Part shown: positions 9,830-19,912 of the stretch, one piece after another
How the letters are laid out: each line of letters begins with the position of its first letter
Position numbering within the stretch: the stretch's first letter is position 1
Source: Candidatus Falkowbacteria bacterium RIFOXYC2_FULL_36_12
Lineage (GTDB): Bacteria > Patescibacteriota > Patescibacteriia > UBA11705
Length of the DNA stretch: 64,000 bases
Direction of reading: 5' to 3'
Assembly: GCA_001778235.1 (NCBI GenBank)
Contig: MFGJ01000001.1
Coordinates: forward strand, 5,152-69,151
Position numbers and translations under genes: made by a program
Notes under the pieces: model-generated
Databases searched by the model: none
What the model was told of the DNA's origin: nothing
Seen by the model: the letters and a program-made list of their open reading frames with translations, nothing else

Positions 9830-10324
9830 ATGAAACACCAACAAATAAGTTTTACACTGTCTGTGTTGGATGATTCATGGTTTGATAACAGAAAAAACAG
9901 AGGTAAATTAATTATTTTCACCAGTCTGTTTCCAATTGTTTGGTTTTTATCCTGTTTCTTACTACCAGATAATCCGATTCAAAAACTAAGCAATTATCTG
10001 GTATTGAAGTATTTTATTGTTGTTTGCATTCCCCTGTTTGGAGTTCTTTCCCTGATCGTAGGAATTCAAAAGATTTGCGGACATGAAAGGAGATTTTTTC
10101 ATATTTTGAGCCTACTGACATATGCAAGCTGGTTTATCGCATCAGGATATCTGCACTTTAATATTTACAGCAATGACTATATTGAACAAGCAATTAATTA
10201 CTTAGCTCGAAGAAGCTATTGGTGGTTTGAGCTACTGGGATTTTTGAGCGTATTAGCTATGACTTTTTGTGCAGTCACCATATTGATGGAGACTCTGGAA
10301 AACAGAGATACTAGATCAACATAA
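9830..10324 (+). CDS. Hypothetical membrane protein
   Basis: About 4 TM segments; upstream TTGACA...TAAAAT promoter and GGAGG SD. Confidence 0.7.
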   Translation: MKHQQISFTLSVLDDSWFDNRKNRGKLIIFTSLFPIVWFLSCFLLPDNPIQKLSNYLVLKYFIVVCIPLFGVLSLIVGIQKICGHERRFFHILSLLTYASWFIASGYLHFNIYSNDYIEQAINYLARRSYWWFELLGFLSVLAMTFCAVTILMETLENRDTRST

Positions 10325-10411
10325 CAAAATTTTTCGAATAAGATCATCAATGTATGGTCTTTTTTGTTTGATGTGAATATATATAGTTTCCACGAATTAC
10401 GAATATGCTAA

Positions 10412-10801
10412 GTTTCCACGAATAACGAATCTGCCACCTGCCTACGCTGACTTCAGCTTCGGCAGGCAGGCGAATCTACAAATTGAGGTGAATGATGAAT
10501 GGTTTCCACGAATAACGAATTTGCCACGAATCTACAAATTGAGGTGAATGATGAGTAGTTTCCACAAATAACAAATCTGCCACGAATCTACAAATTGAGG
10601 TGAATGATGAATAGTTTCCACGAATTGCGAATCTGCCACGAATCTACAAATTGAGGTGAATGATGAGTAGTTTCCACAAATAACAAATCTGCCACGAATC
10701 TACAAATTGAGATGAATGATGAATGGTTTCCACGAATAACGAATCTGCCACCTGCCTACGCTGACTTCAGCTTCGGCAGGCAGGCGAATCTACAAATTGA
10801 G
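10412..10801. repeat. Tandem array of six 56-bp units; units 1 and 6 carry a 34-bp palindromic insertion
   Basis: Units start at 10412, 10502, 10558, 10614, 10670 and 10726; insertions at 10437-10470 and 10751-10784. Confidence 0.92.
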
Positions 10802-10992
10802 TTGTGAGTATAACCAGTTATAACAAACAGAAAGGTAATTTTCTTCCTATTGTGTCAAACTCTGCATAACTTGTTTGGTGAAGATTGGGAAATACTGTAA
10901 AATACCAATACAAATATACAAATGTTTACGAATATTACAAATACAAGGAGTTGTATTCATATTGTTTATAGTATTCGCAAATACGTAATTCT

Positions 10993-12096
10993 ATGAAAGT
11001 TGCTCTAGTGCACGACCACTTAACTCAAGATGGAGGGGCGGAAAAAGTATTGCAAGCATTGCAGGATGTCTACACAACAAGTCCGACATATACTTTGGTT
11101 TATGACAAAAAGAAAGTCAATAAAATATACCAAAGCCGAGATATTCGGACTTCTTTTATTCAAAAATTTCCATTTGGAGTCAGAAAATTTGAATGGTTTT
11201 TGGTTTTTATGCCAGCGGCGGCGGAAAATTTTGATTTGTCAGAATATGATGTTGTTATTTCTAGTGCTTCAGCTTTTTCTAAAGGCATAATAACTAAACC
11301 AGACGCTCTACACATCTGCTACTGCCACACTCCGACTAGATATCTCTGGACAGATTCAATCAATTACATAAAAGAACTTCGACAAAGCCCAATAATCAAG
11401 AGAACCTTGCCATTAGTACTTACTAAACTACGGATGTGGGATAGATTAGCGGCAGAACGAGTCAATGTTTTTGTTGCCAATTCTCGTGAAGTACAAAAAA
11501 GAATAAAAAAATACTACCGCCGAGAAAGTATTGTTGTTTTTCCGCCAGTAGAAACAAAGAAATTTCAAATCCGACAGAATATCGGCAATTTTTATTTAAC
11601 AGGTGGTAGACTTGTGCCATATAAACGATTTGATTTAACAGTAAAAACTTTCAATCGTCTGGGATTAAAATTGAAGATTTTTGGTGAAGGTCCGGCGTTT
11701 CAAGAACTTAGAAAAATGGCTGGACCCACCATTGAATTTTTAGGGAAAATTGATGAGGAAGCAAAGATTGAATTGTTTGAAACATGTATAGCCTTTATTC
11801 ATCCACAAATTGAAGACTTTGGTATCACTCCGGTTGAGGCTATGGCTGCTGGAAGACCAGTAATTGCTTTCAATCGTGGAGGAGCACTTGATACAATAAT
11901 CGATGGCAAAACTGGAATATTTTTCAATGAACAAGAATGGGAGACGCTGGCCGATACGCTAATCCATTTCAAACCAGAAAACTTTAAACCTGAAGACATA
12001 AGAAACCATGCCTTAAATTTTGATGAGACTGTTTTCAAAAAAAACATGGCTGATTTGGTGAACAAATCTTGGGAAAAATGGCAGAATACTTTATAA
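10993..12096 (+). CDS. Glycosyltransferase family 4
   Basis: GGAEKVL, YCHTPTRY and EDFGITPVEAMAAGRPV motifs. Confidence 0.92.
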   Translation: MKVALVHDHLTQDGGAEKVLQALQDVYTTSPTYTLVYDKKKVNKIYQSRDIRTSFIQKFPFGVRKFEWFLVFMPAAAENFDLSEYDVVISSASAFSKGIITKPDALHICYCHTPTRYLWTDSINYIKELRQSPIIKRTLPLVLTKLRMWDRLAAERVNVFVANSREVQKRIKKYYRRESIVVFPPVETKKFQIRQNIGNFYLTGGRLVPYKRFDLTVKTFNRLGLKLKIFGEGPAFQELRKMAGPTIEFLGKIDEEAKIELFETCIAFIHPQIEDFGITPVEAMAAGRPVIAFNRGGALDTIIDGKTGIFFNEQEWETLADTLIHFKPENFKPEDIRNHALNFDETVFKKNMADLVNKSWEKWQNTL

Positions 12097-12148
12097 CGAG
12101 AACAGCGAGTAAAGCAAGTACAGCGAGAACAGCGAGTACAGCAAGTAC
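12095..12148. repeat. Six tandem 9-mers (agcgagtac-like)
   Basis: aacgagaac agcgagtaa agcaagtac agcgagaac agcgagtac agcaagtac. Confidence 0.8.
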
Positions 12149-12179
12149 GGTAATGACCTTACATAATTTTGCTTAATTT

Positions 12180-13313
12180 ATGAATATTGCCATTGATATA
12201 AGAAATCTAATGGAGAATGAAATTACTGGTGTTGGAGAGTATACCTTTAATTTGCTAACCGCACTTTTTGAGTTGGATAAATCCAATAATTATTTTCTTT
12301 TTTATAATTCTTCAAAAAATGTTACTGTTCCTCCTTTTAACTTTGAAAATGTGAAACTTGTTAAATTCAGTTTTCCAAATAAATTGTTGAATCTAAGCTT
12401 GAAAGTTCTCAAATATCCAAAACTTGATAAACTAATTTTCAGGAAATTGAATGTAAAAATAGATTTATTTTTTTTCCCGAATTTAAATTTCTTTGCAACT
12501 GATTGCTCGTATTTTATCACTTGTCATGATTTGAGTTTTGAAATTTTCCCTGAATTTTTTTCTTGGAAAAGAAAGCTTTGGCACAAAATTATTAACCCAA
12601 AAAAACTTTTTGAAAAAGCGAAAAAAATCATTGCTGTTTCATCAAACACAAAGTCAGATTTAGAGAACATTTACAAAATTAATCCTGAAAAAATTTACGA
12701 AATTTATTCTGGAGTATCTGAACAATTTCAAAAATTGGATTTGTCAGATCCTGGCCGGGATCGTGTGCGTAAAAAATATCATCTGCCGTCCAAATTTATT
12801 TTATATCTTGGAACACTTGAGCCGAGAAAAAACATTGAGAGTTTGATTGAAGCTTTTTCATTATTTAAACAAAAAAATCAAAGCAAAAATATTGAACTGG
12901 TAATCGCTGGGAAACCTGGATGGAAATATAGTTCAATTTTCAATAGTGCAAAAAAATCAAAGCATTTTAAACAGATCCATTTTATCAATTATGTGAATAA
13001 TAAAGATAAAGTTTTCCTTTATAACCTAGCGCAATGTTTTGTTTTCCCAAGCTACTATGAAGGATTTGGGTTTCCTCCGCTTGAAGCTATTTACTGTGGA
13101 ACAACAACCATAGCCAGCCATACTTCTTCTCTACCTGAAATATTAGGTAACAATGCAATCTATATTGACCCATACAATATCAATGATATTGTAAAATCGT
13201 TTGAATCAATTGACACTTTTTCATTGAAAGTTGTAAACCGAAAATTCTCATGGCAGACTACAGCAGAAAAAATGTTGAAAATTTTTATTGACACTTCAAT
13301 AAATTGTAATTAA
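12180..13313 (+). CDS. Glycosyltransferase family 4 (MtfB-like)
   Basis: GTLEPRKN and YEGFGFPPLEA motifs. Confidence 0.92.
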   Translation: MNIAIDIRNLMENEITGVGEYTFNLLTALFELDKSNNYFLFYNSSKNVTVPPFNFENVKLVKFSFPNKLLNLSLKVLKYPKLDKLIFRKLNVKIDLFFFPNLNFFATDCSYFITCHDLSFEIFPEFFSWKRKLWHKIINPKKLFEKAKKIIAVSSNTKSDLENIYKINPEKIYEIYSGVSEQFQKLDLSDPGRDRVRKKYHLPSKFILYLGTLEPRKNIESLIEAFSLFKQKNQSKNIELVIAGKPGWKYSSIFNSAKKSKHFKQIHFINYVNNKDKVFLYNLAQCFVFPSYYEGFGFPPLEAIYCGTTTIASHTSSLPEILGNNAIYIDPYNINDIVKSFESIDTFSLKVVNRKFSWQTTAEKMLKIFIDTSINCN

Positions 13314-13346
13314 GATAAGAAGTTGAACAAAAGGCAGGAGACAGCG

Positions 13347-14060
13347 ATGTCACAGCCAGAACCAGTAAATTATAGGCAGATTTATCATCAAATTTTGAAT
13401 CATTTATCAATTGATGAAAGAGTTGCGATGGCTCTTGGCGCTGTGGGCGATCTTTTACAAGCATTTTGTTTTGACCAGAATGAACAAGTTATTATTGCGG
13501 TGATTTCAAACCAGACCTTTGGTTTAGAACAGGCAAGATTAATTGCTGAACATCACCACAATGGCGCAAGCTTGGACCATTTAACTAAAACTCCAAATTT
13601 TATCAGTGATTCGGCCGTAAGATCTCACCTATTGAAGAATCGAGCCAGTACTGCGTTGGTCTTGAAAAGAATATTTTTGATACTTGATTTGTTTCACTTG
13701 CATAATGTTGCCTCTGGACAAGAAGCAACTGAACAAGCAAAGATGCAAGCTAGAGATGCGTTACGAAAAAAATTTGACCAGAGCACGCCAGAACAACGAG
13801 TTCATTTTATTATTAACACAGAAGGCAGATGCTTGCGTTTCTTTTACAAAATGAAAATGGGGCCAGAAACCGCTGACTTGCTTGGCAAACATGAATATAC
13901 TAAATTTATTTTAGTAAGAAATCTTCTTGTTTTTCCAGGATTGCCACCTCAAGTATTAAGAGGAATGTCAAAATCACCAGTTATCTGGAGAAACAATGAA
14001 TATAGAAGAAGAATTCTTGGACATACAAATTGTCCGATGGATGTAAAACAAAAAAGGTAA
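13347..14060 (+). CDS. Hypothetical protein
   Basis: ORF with CAGGAG SD before ATG 13347 and its own TTGACA promoter. Confidence 0.7.
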   Translation: MSQPEPVNYRQIYHQILNHLSIDERVAMALGAVGDLLQAFCFDQNEQVIIAVISNQTFGLEQARLIAEHHHNGASLDHLTKTPNFISDSAVRSHLLKNRASTALVLKRIFLILDLFHLHNVASGQEATEQAKMQARDALRKKFDQSTPEQRVHFIINTEGRCLRFFYKMKMGPETADLLGKHEYTKFILVRNLLVFPGLPPQVLRGMSKSPVIWRNNEYRRRILGHTNCPMDVKQKR

Positions 14061-14195
14061 GATTACCTAAATTAAGAGATATTAATATCTCTTTTTATTT
14101 TTATATTACTGAAATTATGTTAATGGCAAGTGTATTAAATTTTTCTCTAATTTACAATAAATTCTGTTAAAATAACTAAGTTTTATTAGCTGTTA

Positions 14196-14224
14196 TTGAC
14201 AAACCTATTGATTTTTGCTATAAT
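14196..14224 (+). promoter_or_regulatory. Sigma70 promoter of the tRNA cluster
   Basis: TTGACA-17 nt-TATAAT. Confidence 0.8.
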
Positions 14225-14269
14225 ATATTGTTATTTGTTCATTAGAAGGTTGACCGCCTTAAGGTCAAT

Positions 14270-14342
14270 GGGCCGCTAGCTCAGTTGGTAGAGCAGCAGA
14301 CTTTTAATCTGTTGGTCATCGGTTCGATTCCGATGCGGCTCA
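14270..14342 (+). tRNA. tRNA-Lys(TTT)
   Basis: Cloverleaf GGGCCGC...GCGGCTCA, anticodon loop CT-TTT-AA, GGTTCGATTCC. Confidence 0.95.
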
Positions 14343-14378
14343 CCCCATTTCTTCAAGAAGCCAAAAACAGGCTTCAAG

Positions 14379-14453
14379 GCTGGCATAGCTCAATGGTAGA
14401 GCAGCTGATTTGTAATCAGCCGGTTGAGGGTTCGATTCCCTTTGCCAGCTCCA
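14379..14453 (+). tRNA. tRNA-Thr(TGT)
   Basis: GCTGGCA...TGCCAGCT-CCA, anticodon loop TT-TGT-AA. Confidence 0.95.
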
Positions 14454-14467
14454 TTCTTTCGTCCATT

Positions 14468-14541
<74 letters not shown>

Positions 14542-14545
14542 CACT

Positions 14546-14662
14546 GGAGGAGTGGCCGAATGGTTGAAGGCGGCGGTCTTGAAAACCGCAGGTACGCAAG
14601 TACCCAGGGGTTCTCCGCCAAAGGACGGACTAGTCCTACGGCTAGGATTCCCTCCTCCTCCG
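14546..14662 (+). tRNA. tRNA-Ser(TGA) with a 32-nt insertion in the T-loop
   Basis: GGAGGAG/CTCCTCC-G acceptor stem, CT-TGA-AA anticodon loop, long variable arm ggtac-gcaa-gtacc. TTC (14611-14613) is separated from GATT (14646-14649) by the insert. Confidence 0.88.
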
Positions 14663-14737
14663 CTCGTTTGAAGGAATTTCTAAGGGAGTAAATAAACTCC
14701 CCGGGAGATAACAGCCTAAAACTGGATCTCCCGAAAT

Positions 14738-14808
14738 TGGGGCGTCGTCAAGCGGTAAGACACAGGGCTTTGGTCCCTGCATCCTAGGTTCGAATCCTAG
14801 CGCCCCAG
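14738..14808 (+). tRNA. tRNA-Gln(TTG)
   Basis: TGGGGCG...CGCCCCA-G, anticodon loop CT-TTG-GT. Confidence 0.95.
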
Positions 14809-14961
14809 CATAAATGCTAGTCACAGCAGTGACTAGAGCCGTGAAAACTCAACAGAGTTAGTAACGGCTTTTTTTTAATTTTATTGGTTAGAATATTGAC
14901 AAAATTGTATTTTTTAGTATAATAAACATAGATTGTCCGAGTCGAGCAAACGGAGAAAAAC

Positions 14962-15144
14962 ATGGGAAAAGCAAAAAAAAATTTTAGTCTGATTCAACAC
15001 AGAACTGATGAACAAATAAAAAAACTACAAGAAGAAGTGAAACAAGCTCGGCAGGAAGCCAAGGATCAGGATGCAGATATTCTAACTCTTGAAGAACTTG
15101 AAAGAAAATTGCTTCTGAACGATAAAGAAACTGAAAAAAAGTAA
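14962..15144 (+). CDS. Small hypothetical coiled-coil protein
   Basis: 60 aa with promoter, GGAG SD and terminator. Confidence 0.6.
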   Translation: MGKAKKNFSLIQHRTDEQIKKLQEEVKQARQEAKDQDADILTLEELERKLLLNDKETEKK

Positions 15145-15197
15145 CATTGCTAAATCGCAGTGTTTTTTGTTTTATTTATGGGGAAATGATATACTCT
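15143..15197. repeat. 55-bp direct repeat, copy 1
   Basis: Identical to 16119-16173. Confidence 0.9.
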
Positions 15198-15311
15198 CTA
15201 TGGTTTTTCTTGACAAAAGTATAGAAGTTTGTTATTCTATACTATTGGACTTTGAAACAGTTTGGAAATTAATGAATTCAGCCCCCCCCCTCACACCACC
15301 AGGAGAAAACC

Positions 15312-15674
15312 ATGCATAACATCTCACATTTGATTTACACATCTGACCTGTGTCAATTCATTTATGGACTGGGTCTTGTATTGGGGGTTTGTTTCATTAT
15401 TTCCAGCTTTATTTCCTCTCTTATTCTTGATGTATCCTTCAGATTTGACATTGTTCATCGTGATTCTGGCAAAAACTTTATTATGGCGATGACCTGTGCT
15501 GGTGCCTTCTTCATTTCAATTTTTGGACTCAATTCCCTGCCAATTGAAAGAAATATGTATTGGGACATTGGAGCTCTGGTTGGATTGTGTTCTGGAATTC
15601 TAGTAATAGTCATTGTCTATCTGGCTGTTAGTATGTTTATTCATTCAAAGACTACGACTCATTCAAGAATCTAA
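15312..15674 (+). CDS. Hypothetical 3-TM membrane protein (paralog of the next gene)
   Basis: TSDLxQxIYG, FGLNSL and WDIG shared with 15718-16119; AGGAG SD. Confidence 0.75.
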   Translation: MHNISHLIYTSDLCQFIYGLGLVLGVCFIISSFISSLILDVSFRFDIVHRDSGKNFIMAMTCAGAFFISIFGLNSLPIERNMYWDIGALVGLCSGILVIVIVYLAVSMFIHSKTTTHSRI

Positions 15675-15717
15675 ATATTGACCTAGTTCCACGAAACAAG
15701 GATGGAGGAGAATAAAC

Positions 15718-16119
15718 ATGCCACCAACATCATTCTACGAAAAATTGGCGTACGGAACTCATAATTTGATGCTTGCTGATAGCATTCCGACATCCGATCT
15801 TTATCAATTAATTTATGGGATGATGCTGTTTCTTTCTTTTGGTTTTTTTGTTGCAGGGATAATGGCAAATGTGATGCTGGATACTAACCGTTGGTGTTAC
15901 AATAATATGGGAGAAATTGTTGGAATGAGTTCATGTGGCATTGGTTCTACTCTCTTTGCAGTATTTGGACTGAATAGCCTGCTGGCTACAGAGCTCAATG
16001 TATTTTGGGATATCGGTTCTTTAATTGGAGGGTTTTTAGGTATTGCTCTCATTGTTATCACTTACATTACGACGAAATTATACTTTTGTTCAAAAACAAT
16101 CAGACAGACAAGAAACTAA
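15718..16119 (+). CDS. Hypothetical 3-TM membrane protein (paralog of the previous gene)
   Basis: Same shared motifs; GGAGGAG SD. Confidence 0.75.
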   Translation: MPPTSFYEKLAYGTHNLMLADSIPTSDLYQLIYGMMLFLSFGFFVAGIMANVMLDTNRWCYNNMGEIVGMSSCGIGSTLFAVFGLNSLLATELNVFWDIGSLIGGFLGIALIVITYITTKLYFCSKTIRQTRN

Positions 16120-16173
16120 ACATTGCTAAATCGCAGTGTTTTTTGTTTTATTTATGGGGAAATGATATACTCT
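16119..16173. repeat. 55-bp direct repeat, copy 2
   Basis: Identical to 15143-15197. Confidence 0.9.
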
Positions 16174-16198
16174 AACTATATTAATTTAATGCAAATTT

Positions 16199-18007
16199 AT
16201 GACTAAATTTGAACAATTTTATCGTGAAGCACTTCGAGATTTAAAAAAATTAATTCAGAGATTTCCTCTTGCAATGCTGGCAGCGGTAGCAAGTGTTGTT
16301 CTCGGGATTATTGGTATTGAGATTGAACAATCGGGCAAAGAGGTGCCACTTGGTTTGATGTACACCCTCATGTCTTTGGTTTTGACTTTCCCGATGTTTG
16401 TCTTGGCTGAACTTATTTCAGAGAGTCTTAACTGGGATGTGACAAAAAAATATCTATTAAAATTGGTGCCAATCTTAATTGGTGTGGTGTACTTTTTCTC
16501 GCTGATGCTACCCTACCAGGAAATATCAGAAAGGCAAGGAATTGAGTTTTTCTTACTAAATGTTATTTTTTATTTCTTGATTTTGGTTGCACCCTTTATA
16601 AACAATAATTTCCGTTCTAAATTATGGAACTTTAGTAAACAAATTATTATAAGATTATTTTTTTCAGTTCTCTTCACTGGAGTAATTTTTGCAGGTGTTT
16701 CTCTGGCTATCACTGCAGTGCAATATTTATTTGAACTGAAAATTGACAATGAGATATTTATAGAAATCTGGATTTCTGCAGTTGGATTATTTGGGATAAA
16801 TTTTCTTTTGGCTGGTGTGCCAACGCTAAAAGAAATGAATGATGAAATTGACTATCCGAAATTATTGAAAGTGTGTGTTCAGTATATTTTATTACCATTA
16901 CTGGCAGTTTATGGAATAATTTTGTATGTTTATACTCTAAGAATTATTTTCACATCTGCTTGGCCGAAGGAAGGTGTTGTCCAGTGGGTCATGGTTTATG
17001 GAATTGGAGGATTTGTAACTTTTGCCCTAGCAAAACCTTTAACAATGCATGTTAAATTATTAAAAAAAATATTTACTGGTTTTTTTATTTCAGTTTTACC
17101 ACTGCTCATAGTCTATTTTTCAGCTATTGGTATTCGAATTTCTGAATATGGAGTGACAGTTGACCGTTACCTTGTTGTATTGTTTGGACTTTGGTTAATC
17201 CCTGTTACATTTTATTATTTATTAAGTAGGAAAAAACACCTACACTGGTTAATTGGCTCTGTTGTAATCTGTGTTTTGATCTTCCTGTATGGTCCATGGA
17301 ATGGGTATAATATTTCTTTTAACAGCCAGGTACAAAGATTGGAAAACTTATTAATAAAAAACAATCTTCTGATTGATGGGAAACTACAGAAAGCTCCTGA
17401 CAATTTTTCTATCTCTGAATATACTGAAATTGAATCGATCTCTCGATATTTATATCGAAGTTATGAGGTAGAAAAGATTAACAAATGGCTTGGCGAAGAA
17501 AATGTTGAACTTATTAATAAAAATATTCTACAAAAAAATGGTAAAACATATTATGCACATTCAAGGGCTTTTCTTCAGGCAATTAATTTAATAAAAATAG
17601 ATAGTGTTATTGATAAACCTGCGATACTGTTTAGCTATCAACCTGAATCCGATGTCTTCCCAGTTGCAACATATGATTATGTCTATTCATTTCAAGGTTT
17701 AAGTGATGATGCAGTAAGGTTTCCTGAAAAGTTTTACAGAGATACGATCTCAACATCATTAACAACAAATGAATTGCTTATAATGAAAAATTCGAACATC
17801 TTAATTGAGATAAACCTAACGGATATAGCTTATAAATTGATTAAAAAATCTACCCCTTACAATATCCCGATTGATGATATGATTATCTACGCGAGCAATG
17901 AAAAGATTGAGATCAAACTGCTTCTAAGTAATTTACAATTTAGCCTTGATAATGAACGACCTCTAATTAAAACCGTGAGTGGATTGGTTGCTTTCTCACT
18001 GAAATAA
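16199..18007 (+). CDS. DUF4153-type multi-pass membrane protein
   Basis: RFP N-terminus, YP..LK...YILLPL, RISEYGVTVDRY and SQVQRL motifs. Confidence 0.75.
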   Translation: MTKFEQFYREALRDLKKLIQRFPLAMLAAVASVVLGIIGIEIEQSGKEVPLGLMYTLMSLVLTFPMFVLAELISESLNWDVTKKYLLKLVPILIGVVYFFSLMLPYQEISERQGIEFFLLNVIFYFLILVAPFINNNFRSKLWNFSKQIIIRLFFSVLFTGVIFAGVSLAITAVQYLFELKIDNEIFIEIWISAVGLFGINFLLAGVPTLKEMNDEIDYPKLLKVCVQYILLPLLAVYGIILYVYTLRIIFTSAWPKEGVVQWVMVYGIGGFVTFALAKPLTMHVKLLKKIFTGFFISVLPLLIVYFSAIGIRISEYGVTVDRYLVVLFGLWLIPVTFYYLLSRKKHLHWLIGSVVICVLIFLYGPWNGYNISFNSQVQRLENLLIKNNLLIDGKLQKAPDNFSISEYTEIESISRYLYRSYEVEKINKWLGEENVELINKNILQKNGKTYYAHSRAFLQAINLIKIDSVIDKPAILFSYQPESDVFPVATYDYVYSFQGLSDDAVRFPEKFYRDTISTSLTTNELLIMKNSNILIEINLTDIAYKLIKKSTPYNIPIDDMIIYASNEKIEIKLLLSNLQFSLDNERPLIKTVSGLVAFSLK

Positions 18008-18053
18008 TACTTAAAAGCTTACCAGTTATTGGTGAGCTTTTTTATTATTTGGA

Positions 18054-18658
18054 CATAAATCATCAGCGACAGCTGGTGTGTGTGCTTAAAAGCGCAGCAA
18101 TTGAAAGTAGTGGTTAGCGGTGTAATTTAAATGTAAGTGGTTGATGTTGCTAAAGCAAGTTTTTTTTAGAATAAGTGATTGATAAAGCTTCGCTTGACAC
18201 TTTTTGATGGCAAAAAGTGTCCAAAAACCATTGGGGGCTTTAATTGCTACTTTTGAACACTATTTTGTGTTTTGAACACGGCAAGAAAGCCCCCAAACCC
18301 GAGGTTTACCATGTTCGTGGGGTTTAAAGTTAGTGATTGGTTTTGCTAAAGCAGGTTTTTTGAAAAAAGTGATTGATTGCCTGCCTACCCTGCCTACCGG
18401 CAGGCAGGCGGCAGGCAGGCAAAAAGGACGAACCGCCTACACTAAAGTTTCGGCGGTCAAGAAAGTTTTGGGGGTTTTAAAACAAATGCTTTTGAACATC
18501 TTCGTGTGGTTCATGACCGCGATAAACCCCCCAAACACCGAGGCTATTCATCTTAGGTGTTTTGAAATTAAATAAATGATTTTTTTGATTGATATTGCTA
18601 AAGCAAGCTTTTTTTGACCTGTGAGATAGAAACTACCTCCGTGAGCTGATGGTTTTTT
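18054..18658. repeat. Structured dispersed element, copy B (with internal duplication and nested mini-elements)
   Basis: Homologous to 5458-5895; the core module occurs twice (about 18140-18325 and 18335-18562). Confidence 0.75.
18380..18419. repeat. 20-nt mini-element nested inside a copy of itself
   Basis: cctgcctac[cctgcctaccggcaggcagg]cggcaggcagg. Confidence 0.88.
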
Positions 18659-18754
18659 ATTTGGAAAAATGTTTTATTTTTGCTAAAATACAAGTATTAA
18701 TATAATAATCTTATTGATTCCGTAACAAGTACGGAATAGACAGACAGAGAGTGT

Positions 18755-19870
18755 ATGAAAATTGCTATTGATGCGAGAATGTATGGGGAAAAACAGACAA
18801 CAGGGATTGGTCAGTATATTAAGCAAATTACTGATAATATTTTTCGGATTGATGAAGAAAATGAGTATATAATGTTCATGCGAGAGCCTGAATTTTCTAC
18901 ATATTTTCCACCAAGTCCAAGAGTAAAAAAAATTTTAGTAACTCCTCGCTGGTATACCTATGCTGAACAATTTAAATTGCCGTTTGAATTTGCCAAAGAA
19001 AAATTTGATCTGATTCATTATCCGCATTTTAATTCACCTATTTTTTTTAGAAAAAAGTCTGTGTGTACTATTCATGATGTCACACCTTTTCTTTTTCCAG
19101 GACATAGAATGAAATCAATTATTAGGCGCCTTGGATATCGAACTGTTTTTGCTGGGACTGTAAATAATGCTAAGAAAATAATCACTGTTTCCGAAAGCAC
19201 AAAAAACGGGATAATTAAGCATTTTAAAATAGATTCTGAAAAAATAAAAGTCATTTATGAAGGTGTGGATGAAAGGTTCAAAGTTACCGTGGAAAATGGT
19301 ATAATAAGTAGTGTAAAAAAGAGGTATAATATTACTGGACCTTTTATTCTTTTTGTAGGTGTTTGGCGCAATCATAAAAACATTGAAGGGCTGATTTCAG
19401 CTTATGAAATTCTCAAGAAAAAATATCATATCCGACAGAAATTAGTTCTGGCTGGACAGGAAGACAAGGACTATTCAAATATCAGAACAATGATTGAAAA
19501 TTCAGGTTACAAAGACTGCATTATTACTCCGGGATTTATTGAGAGCAAGGATTTGCCAAGCCTCTATAGCGGAGCTGATGTATTTGTTATCCCGTCATTC
19601 ATTGAAGGATTTGGCCTGATTGCTCTCGAAGCTCAAAAATGTGGCTGTCCAGTTGTAGCCAGCAATATTACAAGTTTGCCTGAAATTTTAGCTGATTCTG
19701 CCATATTGTTTGATCCGTATAACAAAAATCAGATGGCTGAAAAAATTTACACTATTTTGGATAATAAAAAATTACAACAAGAATTGAGAGAGAAAGGATT
19801 TCAGAATGTTGAAAGATTTTCTTGGGAAAAAGCTGCCAGAGAAACTATTGAAGTCTATACCGAGCGTTGA
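18755..19870 (+). CDS. Glycosyltransferase family 4 (MtfB-like)
   Basis: MKIAIDAR, TIHDV, HKNI and EGFGLIALEA motifs. Confidence 0.92.
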   Translation: MKIAIDARMYGEKQTTGIGQYIKQITDNIFRIDEENEYIMFMREPEFSTYFPPSPRVKKILVTPRWYTYAEQFKLPFEFAKEKFDLIHYPHFNSPIFFRKKSVCTIHDVTPFLFPGHRMKSIIRRLGYRTVFAGTVNNAKKIITVSESTKNGIIKHFKIDSEKIKVIYEGVDERFKVTVENGIISSVKKRYNITGPFILFVGVWRNHKNIEGLISAYEILKKKYHIRQKLVLAGQEDKDYSNIRTMIENSGYKDCIITPGFIESKDLPSLYSGADVFVIPSFIEGFGLIALEAQKCGCPVVASNITSLPEILADSAILFDPYNKNQMAEKIYTILDNKKLQQELREKGFQNVERFSWEKAARETIEVYTER

Positions 19871-19912
19871 TGGAGACTGGGAAAATATTTATACAAAAAC
19901 AAATTTAATATC

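Noticed and set aside
10412-10801. CRISPR array
   Set aside because: Units are near-identical over their full length with no unique spacers, and no cas genes are in the window.
18333-18575. 80-aa ORF containing LPTLPTGRQAAGRQ
   Set aside because: Translation of the nested palindromic repeats.
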